From a virus (Duplodnaviria; Caudoviricetes), in the IMG/VR virus record IMGVR_UViG_3300025066_000007: DNA of 64,000 nucleotides. The stretch is one strand, 5' to 3'. Position numbers and translations under genes: made by a program. The notes beneath the pieces are model-generated. The model had not been told where the DNA came from. It saw only the letters and a program-made list of their open reading frames with translations, and did not search any database. The first letter of the stretch is position 1. Every line of letters begins with the position of its first letter. Shown here piece by piece: positions 8,243 to 17,260 of this stretch.

Positions 8243-9739
8243 TTATACAGATGTCGGAACACAAATAACCATCCAGTCGTCACCATCAAAGTCAGACGCA
8301 GTCTGCTCCCAGATCTTGAGGTCAACATCACTTCCGTTATCAATAAGGCCCCATTCACCATCAGCAGTAGGAGCTACAGACTTCATGTAAGTTCCTTGGT
8401 ACAGAACGCCATTTCTAAACAGCTGAGGACTATCCGCAAGCGGGTGATCTCCAATTAGAACAGATTCGTCTGAAAGAATTGAAGCTCCGGTTCTAACGTT
8501 AGAAGCTGGAGCTCCCAGGTCAGCAGTTAGGCCTCCTGTTACTTGGAGGAAATCAAGTTTTAGGTCGGATACGGCGGCACTGCCGTCGTAGCTTGACATT
8601 GATAGTCCAGAATCCGTAGCATCGCTTAGCGCTCCGAGTGTTCCGCCGAGTGAAACGCCAGAGATTGTGCTGTTAGCAAGCTTTGAATTCGCAATTGCAG
8701 CATCGTTAGCAATACTATCGTCTACAATTTGACCATAAGCAACATCTGTGCCGTCTGACATCAGTACGTAATCAGTGGTACCTAGAGCTAGCTCTTCAGG
8801 CGCGCCAGCGACACCGCCTCGCATAAAGCTTCCTCGGGCTCCAAAGTCTGCTAGCTTCGCAAGAGTAACCTGATTGTCAGCGATACCAGCAGTAGAAACC
8901 TGACCCCATCCGAGATCTGTTCCGTCAGATACTACCATGTAGCCAAGGGTTCCAACGCCTGAATTAGCAGGGTCACCAGAGGCATCACCATAAATGAAGG
9001 TGCCACGAGCGAGTCCGGCCATCTTGGCTAGAGTAACCTGATCATCAGCAATGTGAGCAGTATCAATGGATCCGTCTACATAATGCTCTGAATCAACTGC
9101 GTTATCCGCAAGCTTTGCTCCAGTTACAGCGTCAGCAGCTAATTCCGCAGTTCCAACTCCAAGTGCCTTTAGCTGTAGGGTATCTCCAGAAATTTCAATG
9201 CCCCAAATCCAAGGGTAAGTTTTTTTATACTTTATAATCTTGTCCCTAAATTCACTGCATGATTTTTCAAGTAATTCTTTCTCTGATTTATCAAACTTTG
9301 GGAATTCGATAAATGATCGATAAGCACAATCTACAAGGCCAAAAAAATCAGAAGAGTTAGCCGCCTCAACACAATCCGTATATATAGAAGAAAGTCTTTT
9401 GCGCTCTCTTTCTGATAATCCTGCCGGATACTTATCCGGATGAGATCCATACAAGATATCTTTATAAATTGGCTTCAATCTTTCGCTTAAAAAGCCCTTT
9501 TTGTCATCATGATTAGGCTCTCGCTCTTCGCTTACTTTTGATTCGTCACTACTCTCATGGTCAAGAGTCAATATTTTTTTGGACAAAGATGCATCACCGT
9601 TATTCAGCTTAGAAAGATCTTTCCCAGTTACAGATTGCACTTCTTTGAAAAACGAAATATAATGCTCAAAAAACAAATCCTCTACTTCCTTACATTCGTT
9701 TTTTAAATATTTAGCTTTCAAAAATATGCTTTGGTTCAT
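8243..9739 (-). CDS. Chimeric ORF: J-domain-like (HPD) N-half fused to a tail-fibre/spike-like repeat C-half
   Basis: KPIYKDILYGSHPDK (HPD at 9434..9442). After YPWIW (9203) there is an abrupt switch to GIEISGDTLQLKALGV...GAKLADNAVDSEHYVDGSIDTAHIADDQVTLAK fibre-type repeats. Confidence 0.6.
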   Translation of the reverse strand: MNQSIFLKAKYLKNECKEVEDLFFEHYISFFKEVQSVTGKDLSKLNNGDASLSKKILTLDHESSDESKVSEEREPNHDDKKGFLSERLKPIYKDILYGSHPDKYPAGLSERERKRLSSIYTDCVEAANSSDFFGLVDCAYRSFIEFPKFDKSEKELLEKSCSEFRDKIIKYKKTYPWIWGIEISGDTLQLKALGVGTAELAADAVTGAKLADNAVDSEHYVDGSIDTAHIADDQVTLAKMAGLARGTFIYGDASGDPANSGVGTLGYMVVSDGTDLGWGQVSTAGIADNQVTLAKLADFGARGSFMRGGVAGAPEELALGTTDYVLMSDGTDVAYGQIVDDSIANDAAIANSKLANSTISGVSLGGTLGALSDATDSGLSMSSYDGSAAVSDLKLDFLQVTGGLTADLGAPASNVRTGASILSDESVLIGDHPLADSPQLFRNGVLYQGTYMKSVAPTADGEWGLIDNGSDVDLKIWEQTASDFDGDDWMVICVPTSV

Positions 9740-9960
9740 TATTTTGAATATAGAATCTTCTTTAGCGATCTAATCTTGTTATCGTACTCGCAAAATTCGC
9801 TACTAAAGAAATCTATAGATAACTCTTCGGCTGTCCTCTCCAAATCCTCTAAGATAAACTGAAATCGTCCAGACTCCAGTCTCTTGGCGCTAAGAAGCTT
9901 CAGCCCCTTAAGCGTTAGATATGCGGCCAGAGCTAAGTCTGATGTTTCATAATGCGTCAT
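9739..9960 (-). CDS. Small conserved phage protein (DUF5659-like)
   Basis: YETSDLALAAYLTLKG...GRFQFIL; ATG at 9960 follows AAGGAG. Confidence 0.55.
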   Translation of the reverse strand: MTHYETSDLALAAYLTLKGLKLLSAKRLESGRFQFILEDLERTAEELSIDFFSSEFCEYDNKIRSLKKILYSK

Positions 9961-10004
9961 TATCACTCCTTTTATAAAAGTTAATTAAAAAATAATAGAG
10001 AAAT

Positions 10005-10496
10005 TTATTTGCTATTATTTTGTTTTTTTAAATATTTTCTATGAGAAGAACATAGTGCAGAATTCTTCGGAGCTTGTCGCTTACATCTATTGCCATCTTT
10101 CTTAGTAAATTCACATTGAATGAACTTAAATGGCAAAGCACTTTTTTTGTCATTATCATAGCTATTCTTTGCTGCGGCTAATATTTCTGGAATTATTTCT
10201 TCCATTATAATGGGAGTAAATGTTCTTTCTGTATTCTCATTTTCTTCTGGTTCGACATCTTCAAGCACAATATATGGTTCGGAATTTAACATTTCACTAT
10301 ATTGTTCAGAAGAGGACTTTAGGCCGGCCAAGTCGTCTTCGTAATCGAAAAATGTGTCGAACTTTTCGTTCCCAGGCTCCTCTTCTGCATTGGCGAGTCC
10401 AACTTCTCTTCTTGAAAAAGTTTTCGCTTGAGCACGGTCTTTGAGAGGGGTTGCCTCTATTCTTTTCTGCCTGGATTGAAGTCTCTTTGGAATCAT
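10005..10496 (-). CDS. Hypothetical protein with C-terminal CCCH Zn-finger-like motif
   Basis: QCEFTKKDGNRCKRQAPKNSALCSSH. Confidence 0.6.
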   Translation of the reverse strand: MIPKRLQSRQKRIEATPLKDRAQAKTFSRREVGLANAEEEPGNEKFDTFFDYEDDLAGLKSSSEQYSEMLNSEPYIVLEDVEPEENENTERTFTPIIMEEIIPEILAAAKNSYDNDKKSALPFKFIQCEFTKKDGNRCKRQAPKNSALCSSHRKYLKKQNNSK

Positions 10497-10579
10497 GTCG
10501 GCCCTACTTAATTAACTGTCATTGCTATCTGCTCATAACAAAATAATTAATATATAGACCGATATAAGAGGAAGGTTAA

Positions 10580-12019
10580 TCAGCAGGAAACGCTTCTATA
10601 AACCAAAGAAATTTGGCGCTTAAAATCTTTTTCAGATTTATCATTTTTCATAGAATTGCAAGTAGTGCAGCAGGGCGTGCAGTTGCTTTGGCTATAGGGT
10701 TTTGATGAATCAATTCTGTCGATCCCAACCGTGTTAATTGTGGATCCGCAATAACTGCAGGATTGCTGCCAGAATTCCTCAAACTGGGCTTTCGATAATA
10801 GGAAATCGATATTTCTTTTTTTGGCACCGCTCTTATAGTGAGCAAATTTTCCATCAACAGTACGGTGATAATCGTTCTTTGCATTTCCGGTCTTGAAGAT
10901 TCTCGGCCTTCTATTTTCTGTGATTCCATCTTCGGAGAACTGCTGAATCTTGCAGATATGAGAGAAGAAGGCTTCCGTGGATAAATCATTCTTCATATAG
11001 TTGCAATAGGTGCAACAGGGGACACAATTGTCCATTTCGTAGGATCCGCTTGAGTCGACTCTATCTATTCCAATCGTTTCTATTTCGGAATGGCAGTAAT
11101 TGCAAGGCTTCTGCCAGAAGGATTTGAATTGCTCCTCAGATAAATTGAACTCTATATTGCGAGCCTTAGCCGAAGATCTGTATGCGGAAAATCTACCATT
11201 AAATGTTTGGCCATATTTGCTTCGCCTTTTGATCTCCTTGACCCTAAAGGCTTCGTTACCATGATATTTCTTTTTATTCTTAGCAAGAATTTCTTCTCTG
11301 TTATTCTCAAATCTTACTTTTGATCTCTCTGCAATTAACTCAACGTTTTCAGCATAATAGTTTTTATAGGCACCGCGTTTGCATGGCTTACACTTTGTTT
11401 CATATCCATCACCACGACTTGCATCGCTTGAGAAGGAGCTGATGTCCAGGGTTTTTTTACACTTTGAACAAGTTTTGCTGCTTAAACGTATTATGCCTAC
11501 AGCAATTTTCCCTTGTTTTTTGGCAGCAGCCTTAGCCCTCTTTGCCTTACGGCAATCTCGACAGGAGCCCTCTAGGCCATCTTTCGTTAGTTTTGTTTTT
11601 CCAAAATCACAATATAGCTTTGCTGAATTACACTTTTTGCAAATCTTATGCCCACTCGGAGCAGAAAGATTTCTCCTTGCTGCCTTCTTTGAATTCTTTT
11701 TGTCGTTCAAAGACTTTTGGTATGCATTTCTGCAGTCTTTGCACTTATTTTCAAGACCTCCAACGATATGCTTATTCTTTCCATATTTAGAAAGTGGTTT
11801 TTCTACTTTGCAGCTATAGCAAATTTTATAGCCGTCCCTTGCGGTTGGTTTTGGATTAAGGAGTCTCTCCTTTTCCTTTTTTGCTTTATATGCATCTCTG
11901 TTTTTCTGGTTTCTGCAAATGCTGCAATCACTGCTGAGTCCGTCTTTATTGCTTTTGTTCTTTGGAAATTGATCGATAGTTTTTTCGGTCGTGCAAGTCT
12001 TGCATGTTTTTAGATTCAT
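10580..12019 (-). CDS. Free-standing putative homing endonuclease: four Cys4 Zn-finger repeats plus two tandem HNH-like (His-Me) domains
   Basis: Four CxxC...CxxC repeats (CKTC/CSIC, CYSC/CKDC, CKKC/CRDC, CSKC/CKPC) and two copies of FWQxxCxYC...IGIDRxDSSxxY...NCxPCCxxCNxMKND; AAGGAG RBS. Confidence 0.75.
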   Translation of the reverse strand: MNLKTCKTCTTEKTIDQFPKNKSNKDGLSSDCSICRNQKNRDAYKAKKEKERLLNPKPTARDGYKICYSCKVEKPLSKYGKNKHIVGGLENKCKDCRNAYQKSLNDKKNSKKAARRNLSAPSGHKICKKCNSAKLYCDFGKTKLTKDGLEGSCRDCRKAKRAKAAAKKQGKIAVGIIRLSSKTCSKCKKTLDISSFSSDASRGDGYETKCKPCKRGAYKNYYAENVELIAERSKVRFENNREEILAKNKKKYHGNEAFRVKEIKRRSKYGQTFNGRFSAYRSSAKARNIEFNLSEEQFKSFWQKPCNYCHSEIETIGIDRVDSSGSYEMDNCVPCCTYCNYMKNDLSTEAFFSHICKIQQFSEDGITENRRPRIFKTGNAKNDYHRTVDGKFAHYKSGAKKRNIDFLLSKAQFEEFWQQSCSYCGSTINTVGIDRIDSSKPYSQSNCTPCCTTCNSMKNDKSEKDFKRQISLVYRSVSC

Positions 12020-12171
12020 TTTAGCTCCTTAAGCTGCGATGCGATTTTCGCTTCAAATATATTATAAATATATTATACTCAGGTTTATGGAGAAAACGTA
12101 TTTTATTTGCAGAAAATTAGGTTGGGCCGCCGATAGTTCGCAGCAGCTGAAGGAACGATGGGTTGCAAAAG

Positions 12172-12203
12172 AAAAGGCCCCAGAGTTTCCTCTGGGGCCT
12201 TTT
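12172..12203. terminator. Intrinsic (bidirectional-looking) terminator after the major capsid gene
   Basis: Perfect hairpin AAAAGGCCCCAGAG-TTTC-CTCTGGGGCCTTTT. Confidence 0.9.
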
Positions 12204-12231
12204 ATCTAGTGTTTTCAGCTAGTTATGTGAC

Positions 12232-13239
12232 TTACACAGTACCAGTTGCAACGCCTCGGGGGTTAACAATACCGACTCCGATTATTTCATTCACGACCCA
12301 ACCTAATTTCAGCTGCTTCGGCTCATCAGCAGGTAGTACCTCGATGTCCTGACGGACAGGCATTACGCCGACGAACTCAGGATCCGCACAAGCGAATGCA
12401 CGGCCTGAAGGAACAACCTTGGACACAATGATGTCAGCGCCAAAGACGTGGCCGTAAAGACCGGTCTGTAGCAACTCACGCTGGGTGACGGGGTCAACCT
12501 GTGAGTTTGTGTTACCAGCAGATTCCCAGGTGAGAATGTCGGTGAACTCATTGATGTTTAGGAAGTACTTGGAGGTTACCAAGTCCCAGCGGTCAATCTG
12601 GCGCTTGAGGTTGATGAGACCGTCTTTCTCAAGTGAAGTACCAGCGGGGGATAGGTCTACAGCCGCGTTCTCACCACCCTGAGTAGAGTCACCAGCGAAC
12701 TCAAGCGCGGAGAATACGTTAGCATCCTCGTGAGCCTGAATTTCCTGACGAGCCTTCTGCTGGGCACGATCGATCACGTTGAACCGACGACGCTTGACTT
12801 CCGCGATGCGAACGGTCGGGTTTGAGACAACCTCAAACTCGGGAACGTTTACGCGGTCACCGAATACGCGTGACTCAGGAGCTGCACCGTTGCTGGAAAC
12901 AACAACAGCCGCTACATCGATATCACGGTCGTAAACCGGAAGAGCACCCTGGGGAAGCGGATCGACTACGAGAGCCTTACGCGCCACACCCTGATAGTCA
13001 AGGTTGCGACGAATCGGGTTCGCCATCGCTTGACCTAGAGCAATCTTGCCTTCTTGCGTCATTAGAGCCTGCTTGATCATCTCATCTCTCTGACCATCAT
13101 TTAGGCTAGGCGCTGCGGCCTGAGCGTTACTTGACGGCTGAAGATCTTCGATGATTGAAGCATACTTGACGATCTGTGATAGAGCCTCTTGTACGTTAGA
13201 GGCATTGATCTCACCATGTGTGTTAAATAGATTTGTCAT
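12232..13239 (-). CDS. Major capsid protein (HK97 fold)
   Basis: 335 aa with strong AGGAG RBS, visibly biased codon usage, and followed by a terminator. Lies downstream of protease/scaffold and decoration genes. PIRRNLDYQGVARKALVVDPLPQG...PEFEVVSNP...QEIQAHED pattern. Confidence 0.85.
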   Translation of the reverse strand: MTNLFNTHGEINASNVQEALSQIVKYASIIEDLQPSSNAQAAAPSLNDGQRDEMIKQALMTQEGKIALGQAMANPIRRNLDYQGVARKALVVDPLPQGALPVYDRDIDVAAVVVSSNGAAPESRVFGDRVNVPEFEVVSNPTVRIAEVKRRRFNVIDRAQQKARQEIQAHEDANVFSALEFAGDSTQGGENAAVDLSPAGTSLEKDGLINLKRQIDRWDLVTSKYFLNINEFTDILTWESAGNTNSQVDPVTQRELLQTGLYGHVFGADIIVSKVVPSGRAFACADPEFVGVMPVRQDIEVLPADEPKQLKLGWVVNEIIGVGIVNPRGVATGTV

Positions 13240-13253
13240 TTTATACTCCTAAC

Positions 13254-13889
13254 TTATCGCGGATCTAGTAGGTAGATTGCGGAAGCCTCGATGGTCTTTG
13301 CGTTACCTACAGCAGTGTTAGTGGTGGAGACAAGTGACGTATCTGCCATGTGTCCAACGAAAATTGCGACCTGAGTTGCAGTAGTAGCAGTGGTCAGGAG
13401 GCCAGCCGCATCAGCGTGAACAGCATCATTTACAGCTGTCGCACCAGAAAGCGGTGAGGCTGCATCGGTAGCAGCAGCGCCATCAACGGCGTAAAGACCA
13501 GACTGTGACCAAACGGTTACCTTGCCTGAGCCTCTCTCTGTGGTGGGGCCTACGACGACCGCGCCGTTAACAACAGTCGTCCGTCCGGCGCTGGCACCGA
13601 TGGTGCGACCGAATAGAGTTCCGTAGCCAGTGGTACCTTCATCGGCAAGACCAGATAGTTCGCCGGCTACGCGGGAACCAACATCAAACTTAACACTCGC
13701 ACGGTTTCCGGCGAGGTCGGCACCAACGAAGGGGCCTCCGCTTGAAACGTCTGCAGCATAACCTTCAGCGCCAACGGCAGTTGCGTCTAGACCAACATGC
13801 TCGCCGCCCTCAAGGGTGCCCATAGTATCATCCTCAAGATCGAACTGACCTAGCGGTCGTAATCCGGGATTTAGTAGTTTAAGAGCCAT
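13254..13889 (-). CDS. Capsid decoration/cement protein
   Basis: Directly upstream of MCP, Gly/Ala-rich; GSGKVTVWSQSGLYAVD matches the paralog at 16496..17188. Confidence 0.65.
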   Translation of the reverse strand: MALKLLNPGLRPLGQFDLEDDTMGTLEGGEHVGLDATAVGAEGYAADVSSGGPFVGADLAGNRASVKFDVGSRVAGELSGLADEGTTGYGTLFGRTIGASAGRTTVVNGAVVVGPTTERGSGKVTVWSQSGLYAVDGAAATDAASPLSGATAVNDAVHADAAGLLTTATTATQVAIFVGHMADTSLVSTTNTAVGNAKTIEASAIYLLDPR

Positions 13890-13952
13890 TTTAAAATCTC
13901 CTTAAAGTATTTTACTTTTAAATATAAACGAAATTGCTTACATCTATCTAGG

Positions 13953-16067
13953 TTATTTGCTTCCCTTCTTCTCTAACATATTACGTACCCAAGCGTAATT
14001 AGATCTATAATTTCCAGTGGGGGCGCTCATTGCGACACCTTCACTTTGTTCTTTTTGCTCTAATCCGTTTTCTACGAGTCCTCCGTTGCCAATAGAATCT
14101 AAGATTACTACCGACTTTGGATGAGCAGAATTAACCAGTTCAGAACCAGAACCATCTGTTATGTTATAAAGAGAACCAAAATCTGTTTTGGGATTTTCCG
14201 ATTTTTCATCATACAGTCTACCTAGACCTGTAAAATACTCTCGGACTTCTTTGTCATTATTATTGAGATCCTTAACGGCATCTTTACAATAAGACTTTGA
14301 TGTTTCATCTGCTTCTTTAAACAGTGTTACATCAGTATTTTGATGATTATTAGTAGAATTAGAATTATTTGAAGATACTTTCTTAAAAGTATTTAATTTT
14401 TGAAGTCTATCTGAATCACTTGATGTTCTCAGGAACCTTTCTGGCCGCCTATCTTTCTGTTGTGCCGGAGATAGCCCTTCGCCCCTTCTTCCTAGAAATT
14501 TTCTTTTAGGGAATGCCCTAAATGGTCTGCCCATTATATACTTTCTGGCCCTAGTGTTGCCGAGTGACGTGGCGTAAAATCCATACTGGTAAATTACCTG
14601 AACAGATTTGTTTAATGCACTTTGGGGATTGGATACTTTGCTGCGTTCGTAATTATAAACCATCATTCCCGGCCCACTTGTAAAAGACCTTAAGATCGTC
14701 AAGGTCTCCGGGTGTGTAGGTAGAAGTACCCGCTCGCCTGGACTCTTCAGCCTTCCTGAGTCAAAAAATGCGAAGCTAAGTCCATCTATGGGCTCGGGAA
14801 AAATCATAAGATTACTAAATCTTGATCCTTGTAGTGCTTTGGCTAAAGCCGATGTATCTCCGGTTTCTAGATAGCGTTTTATAGCGTCTTCAGTAGTCGC
14901 TGAAGCTCCGCCGATATCTCCACGAGCTCCTGATGCTCCTGGCGCTCCGCCAACTGAGCCTGTATCGTCATCTCTCATTAGATATTTGGCGCCCATAACT
15001 CCGGCTCCTACAAGTCCTGCAAATCCTAGGATCTTTAGGAGAGATACTGCCCAACCGGCCTTCCTAATTCTGCTTAAAAGGGGTGACTTCTGAGACTTCT
15101 TTTCAAGAGCTTTGATCGACGCGATTGTATCTTCTTTTGCCCGCTGAATAGTCTTCAGGGGATCTTTCGCGGGATCCATTAACGCTTTGTTTCCAGTCTT
15201 CTTAGAAGCATCGGCAAGTGCCTTCTCCATCTCGGCTAGCTTCTTAGCTGCCATTTCGACAGATTCCTCAGAGGCCTTATACATTCTCTCTGCAGTTTCT
15301 CTAAGAATATTTTCTGCAGCTTTAGCTCCATCTTTCGGCAGATCCTTAGGGGCAGTCAACATTAGGCTATCAAGTTCATCAACTTTCTGAGTTAGAACAG
15401 TGTCTATCCTAGCTCTGCTTCCGGCAATAGCATTAGTTAGTTCTTTAAGCTGTGTAGGGTCAGCCTTTCCTTCTGCTCTTAGGCCATTCGTGACAGTGCT
15501 TGCGTACTCCCATATGTTAGTATGCTCATCAAGAATGGCGTCTATTGTGGGACCGGTCTCTTTTCCTGTTGCTCTCAGGACTCTTTTGGCAAAAGGAAAC
15601 TCTTCGGCTAGACTCTCCAGAGTTTGGCGACCCATAGGAGCACTAGGTGCAGAGCGGACTGCAACAGAAGAAGGCGACTGAACCGCAGGAAGATTTTTGG
15701 AACGTCTGTAATCAACGACCAAATCTGCTTTACTTTTTCTTGTTAGTGCGCTAAGATCTCCTCCCTCTTCCATCAGATGGTAGATCAAAGCTTTTATCTC
15801 TTCATTTCCACTTCTATATTGAGAGCCGAGAAGAGTATTGTTTCCATCTTCAAAGGCTTGCAAAATAGCCTTCACTTCTACTTCTGGGCCAATTTGCTTA
15901 AGAACCTTTGCGCCTGGGCCCGTAAGGCCCTTTATTTTTGTAAGCTTGGATCCTCCGGCCATCAACTCATCAAGGCTAGAGAATAATCCCGCCTTCTTAT
16001 TGAAGCGGTCCATCGTTTCAAAGAAAGAGTCAAGAGATGAAGTGTCAGATACTTTGTTTATTTGCAT
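13953..16067 (-). CDS. Putative internal virion/ejection protein with coiled coil and a transmembrane-like segment
   Basis: Helical central region; hydrophobic AGWAVSLLKILGFAGLVGAGVMGAKYLM followed by a Gly/Ala linker; FNKKAG and LFKEAD motifs. Confidence 0.5.
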   Translation of the reverse strand: MQINKVSDTSSLDSFFETMDRFNKKAGLFSSLDELMAGGSKLTKIKGLTGPGAKVLKQIGPEVEVKAILQAFEDGNNTLLGSQYRSGNEEIKALIYHLMEEGGDLSALTRKSKADLVVDYRRSKNLPAVQSPSSVAVRSAPSAPMGRQTLESLAEEFPFAKRVLRATGKETGPTIDAILDEHTNIWEYASTVTNGLRAEGKADPTQLKELTNAIAGSRARIDTVLTQKVDELDSLMLTAPKDLPKDGAKAAENILRETAERMYKASEESVEMAAKKLAEMEKALADASKKTGNKALMDPAKDPLKTIQRAKEDTIASIKALEKKSQKSPLLSRIRKAGWAVSLLKILGFAGLVGAGVMGAKYLMRDDDTGSVGGAPGASGARGDIGGASATTEDAIKRYLETGDTSALAKALQGSRFSNLMIFPEPIDGLSFAFFDSGRLKSPGERVLLPTHPETLTILRSFTSGPGMMVYNYERSKVSNPQSALNKSVQVIYQYGFYATSLGNTRARKYIMGRPFRAFPKRKFLGRRGEGLSPAQQKDRRPERFLRTSSDSDRLQKLNTFKKVSSNNSNSTNNHQNTDVTLFKEADETSKSYCKDAVKDLNNNDKEVREYFTGLGRLYDEKSENPKTDFGSLYNITDGSGSELVNSAHPKSVVILDSIGNGGLVENGLEQKEQSEGVAMSAPTGNYRSNYAWVRNMLEKKGSK

Positions 16068-16444
16068 ATTATTTCTCGTTCTGAAATCTCATCGATAGTT
16101 CGCTCTATCTTGTAGGCTAGCTTGATATCGTTTTTGTTTATAGCTTCTTGCGCCAATAAGCGTAGCTCTTCCAAAACCTCTTCAGTTACATCATCGTCTT
16201 CTTCTTCAGCCTCAGGATCATCTGCGAGATTTGCAGCTGCCTCATCAACCTTTGCCAGGGAGTCTGCAGCACCTTTTGCCGCCTCGTTTATAGCTTTAAG
16301 GCTTTGCTCCGTTTGCTCTTCTGCGATTTTTCTATTTAAAATTTCAGCACGCTTTACTGTATCAATAACTCGTGTTTCTAGCTCTTTAAATACTTCGCTA
16401 TCATTAAAATTTGCGAGGTCTTCCTTGCTCCAAAGGTTTTTCAT
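16058..16444 (-). CDS. Acidic helical putative internal head protein
   Basis: ATG at 16444 after GGAG; C-terminal LRLLAQEAINKNDIKLAYKI tag-like segment. Confidence 0.6.
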   Translation of the reverse strand: MKNLWSKEDLANFNDSEVFKELETRVIDTVKRAEILNRKIAEEQTEQSLKAINEAAKGAADSLAKVDEAAANLADDPEAEEEDDDVTEEVLEELRLLAQEAINKNDIKLAYKIERTIDEISEREIICK

Positions 16445-16480
16445 ATCTTGCTCCAAGAGAATATCAATAAAAATTAAATA

Positions 16481-16488
16481 ATTAGTAG
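16481..16488 (-). promoter_or_regulatory. CTACTAAT putative late-promoter motif
   Basis: Exact motif between 16496..17188 and the next gene. Confidence 0.55.
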
Positions 16489-16495
16489 TTTAATG

Positions 16496-17188
16496 CTAAA
16501 GTAACATGAACTCTAATGTGCCAATGGAGGAGGACGGCGGCCCCGTACAAATTGCAACGCCAGGATGGCTTTCGGTAGGCTGAGAGGAGGTAAGCTTCCC
16601 GTCTAGCCCAATATAAAGAGTTGTGTTTAGCGGGTAGGCTTGAGTTGTGTCAAATTGATCAGTAGCATATATTCCACGTTGATAATGGATCGTTATTCGG
16701 CCACTTCCAACTGTAGTATCATCACCGGGCTTTCCGGCTATTCTGTAAATATAGTTTACTATGATTCTAAAGCTGTCATTCGTTCCGTCTTCTGTTGAGT
16801 CATAGTTTGGCTCAGTTCCAGCGGGAATGGTAACGATTCCATTTACAGAATTCAAAACAACAGAAGTAGTTGCAGTAAAGCTATTGTCTATAATATTGGG
16901 ATACTCAAGAACTCCAGTTACATCAACTGTGGATACTCGTTTTCCATTTGCATCAATAGTCGATGCTTGAGCGTCTACCAATATAACTTCGTCTACCTGT
17001 GCGCTAGTAAATGCGGATGTTCTAACATCATCTATGATTCCTAATGGAGCTGTTCCATCACTTACACTGGCAACTATATCATTTCCTATCAGTCCAAGTT
17101 GAGCAAACATTCCTGGCTCAAACTCTGCGGTTGGATCAACAGAAAGACTCATAGGAAGAGCGTTACCACTATGAATAACTTTTAGCAA
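16496..17188 (-). CDS. Second capsid decoration/cement-like protein
   Basis: GSGRITIHYQRGIYATDQFD...LYIGLDGKLTS; shares a motif with 13254..13889. Confidence 0.6.
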   Translation of the reverse strand: MLKVIHSGNALPMSLSVDPTAEFEPGMFAQLGLIGNDIVASVSDGTAPLGIIDDVRTSAFTSAQVDEVILVDAQASTIDANGKRVSTVDVTGVLEYPNIIDNSFTATTSVVLNSVNGIVTIPAGTEPNYDSTEDGTNDSFRIIVNYIYRIAGKPGDDTTVGSGRITIHYQRGIYATDQFDTTQAYPLNTTLYIGLDGKLTSSQPTESHPGVAICTGPPSSSIGTLEFMLL

Positions 17189-17202
17189 TTTATTTCTCCA
17201 TT

Positions 17203-17235
17203 AAAAAAGGGAGGAGATAACTCTCCTCCCTTTTT
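17203..17235 (-). terminator. Intrinsic terminator abutting the RBS of 16496..17188
   Basis: GGGAGGAGA-GTTA-TCTCCTCCC-TTTTTT followed directly by AATGGAG. Confidence 0.8.
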
Positions 17236-17243
17236 ATTTTACT

Positions 17244-17251
17244 ATTAATAG
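17244..17251 (-). promoter_or_regulatory. CTATTAAT putative late-promoter motif (within palindrome CTATTAATAG)
   Basis: Exact motif 10 nt after the stop of 17261..17773. Confidence 0.45.
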
Positions 17252-17260
17252 GAAATTTCT

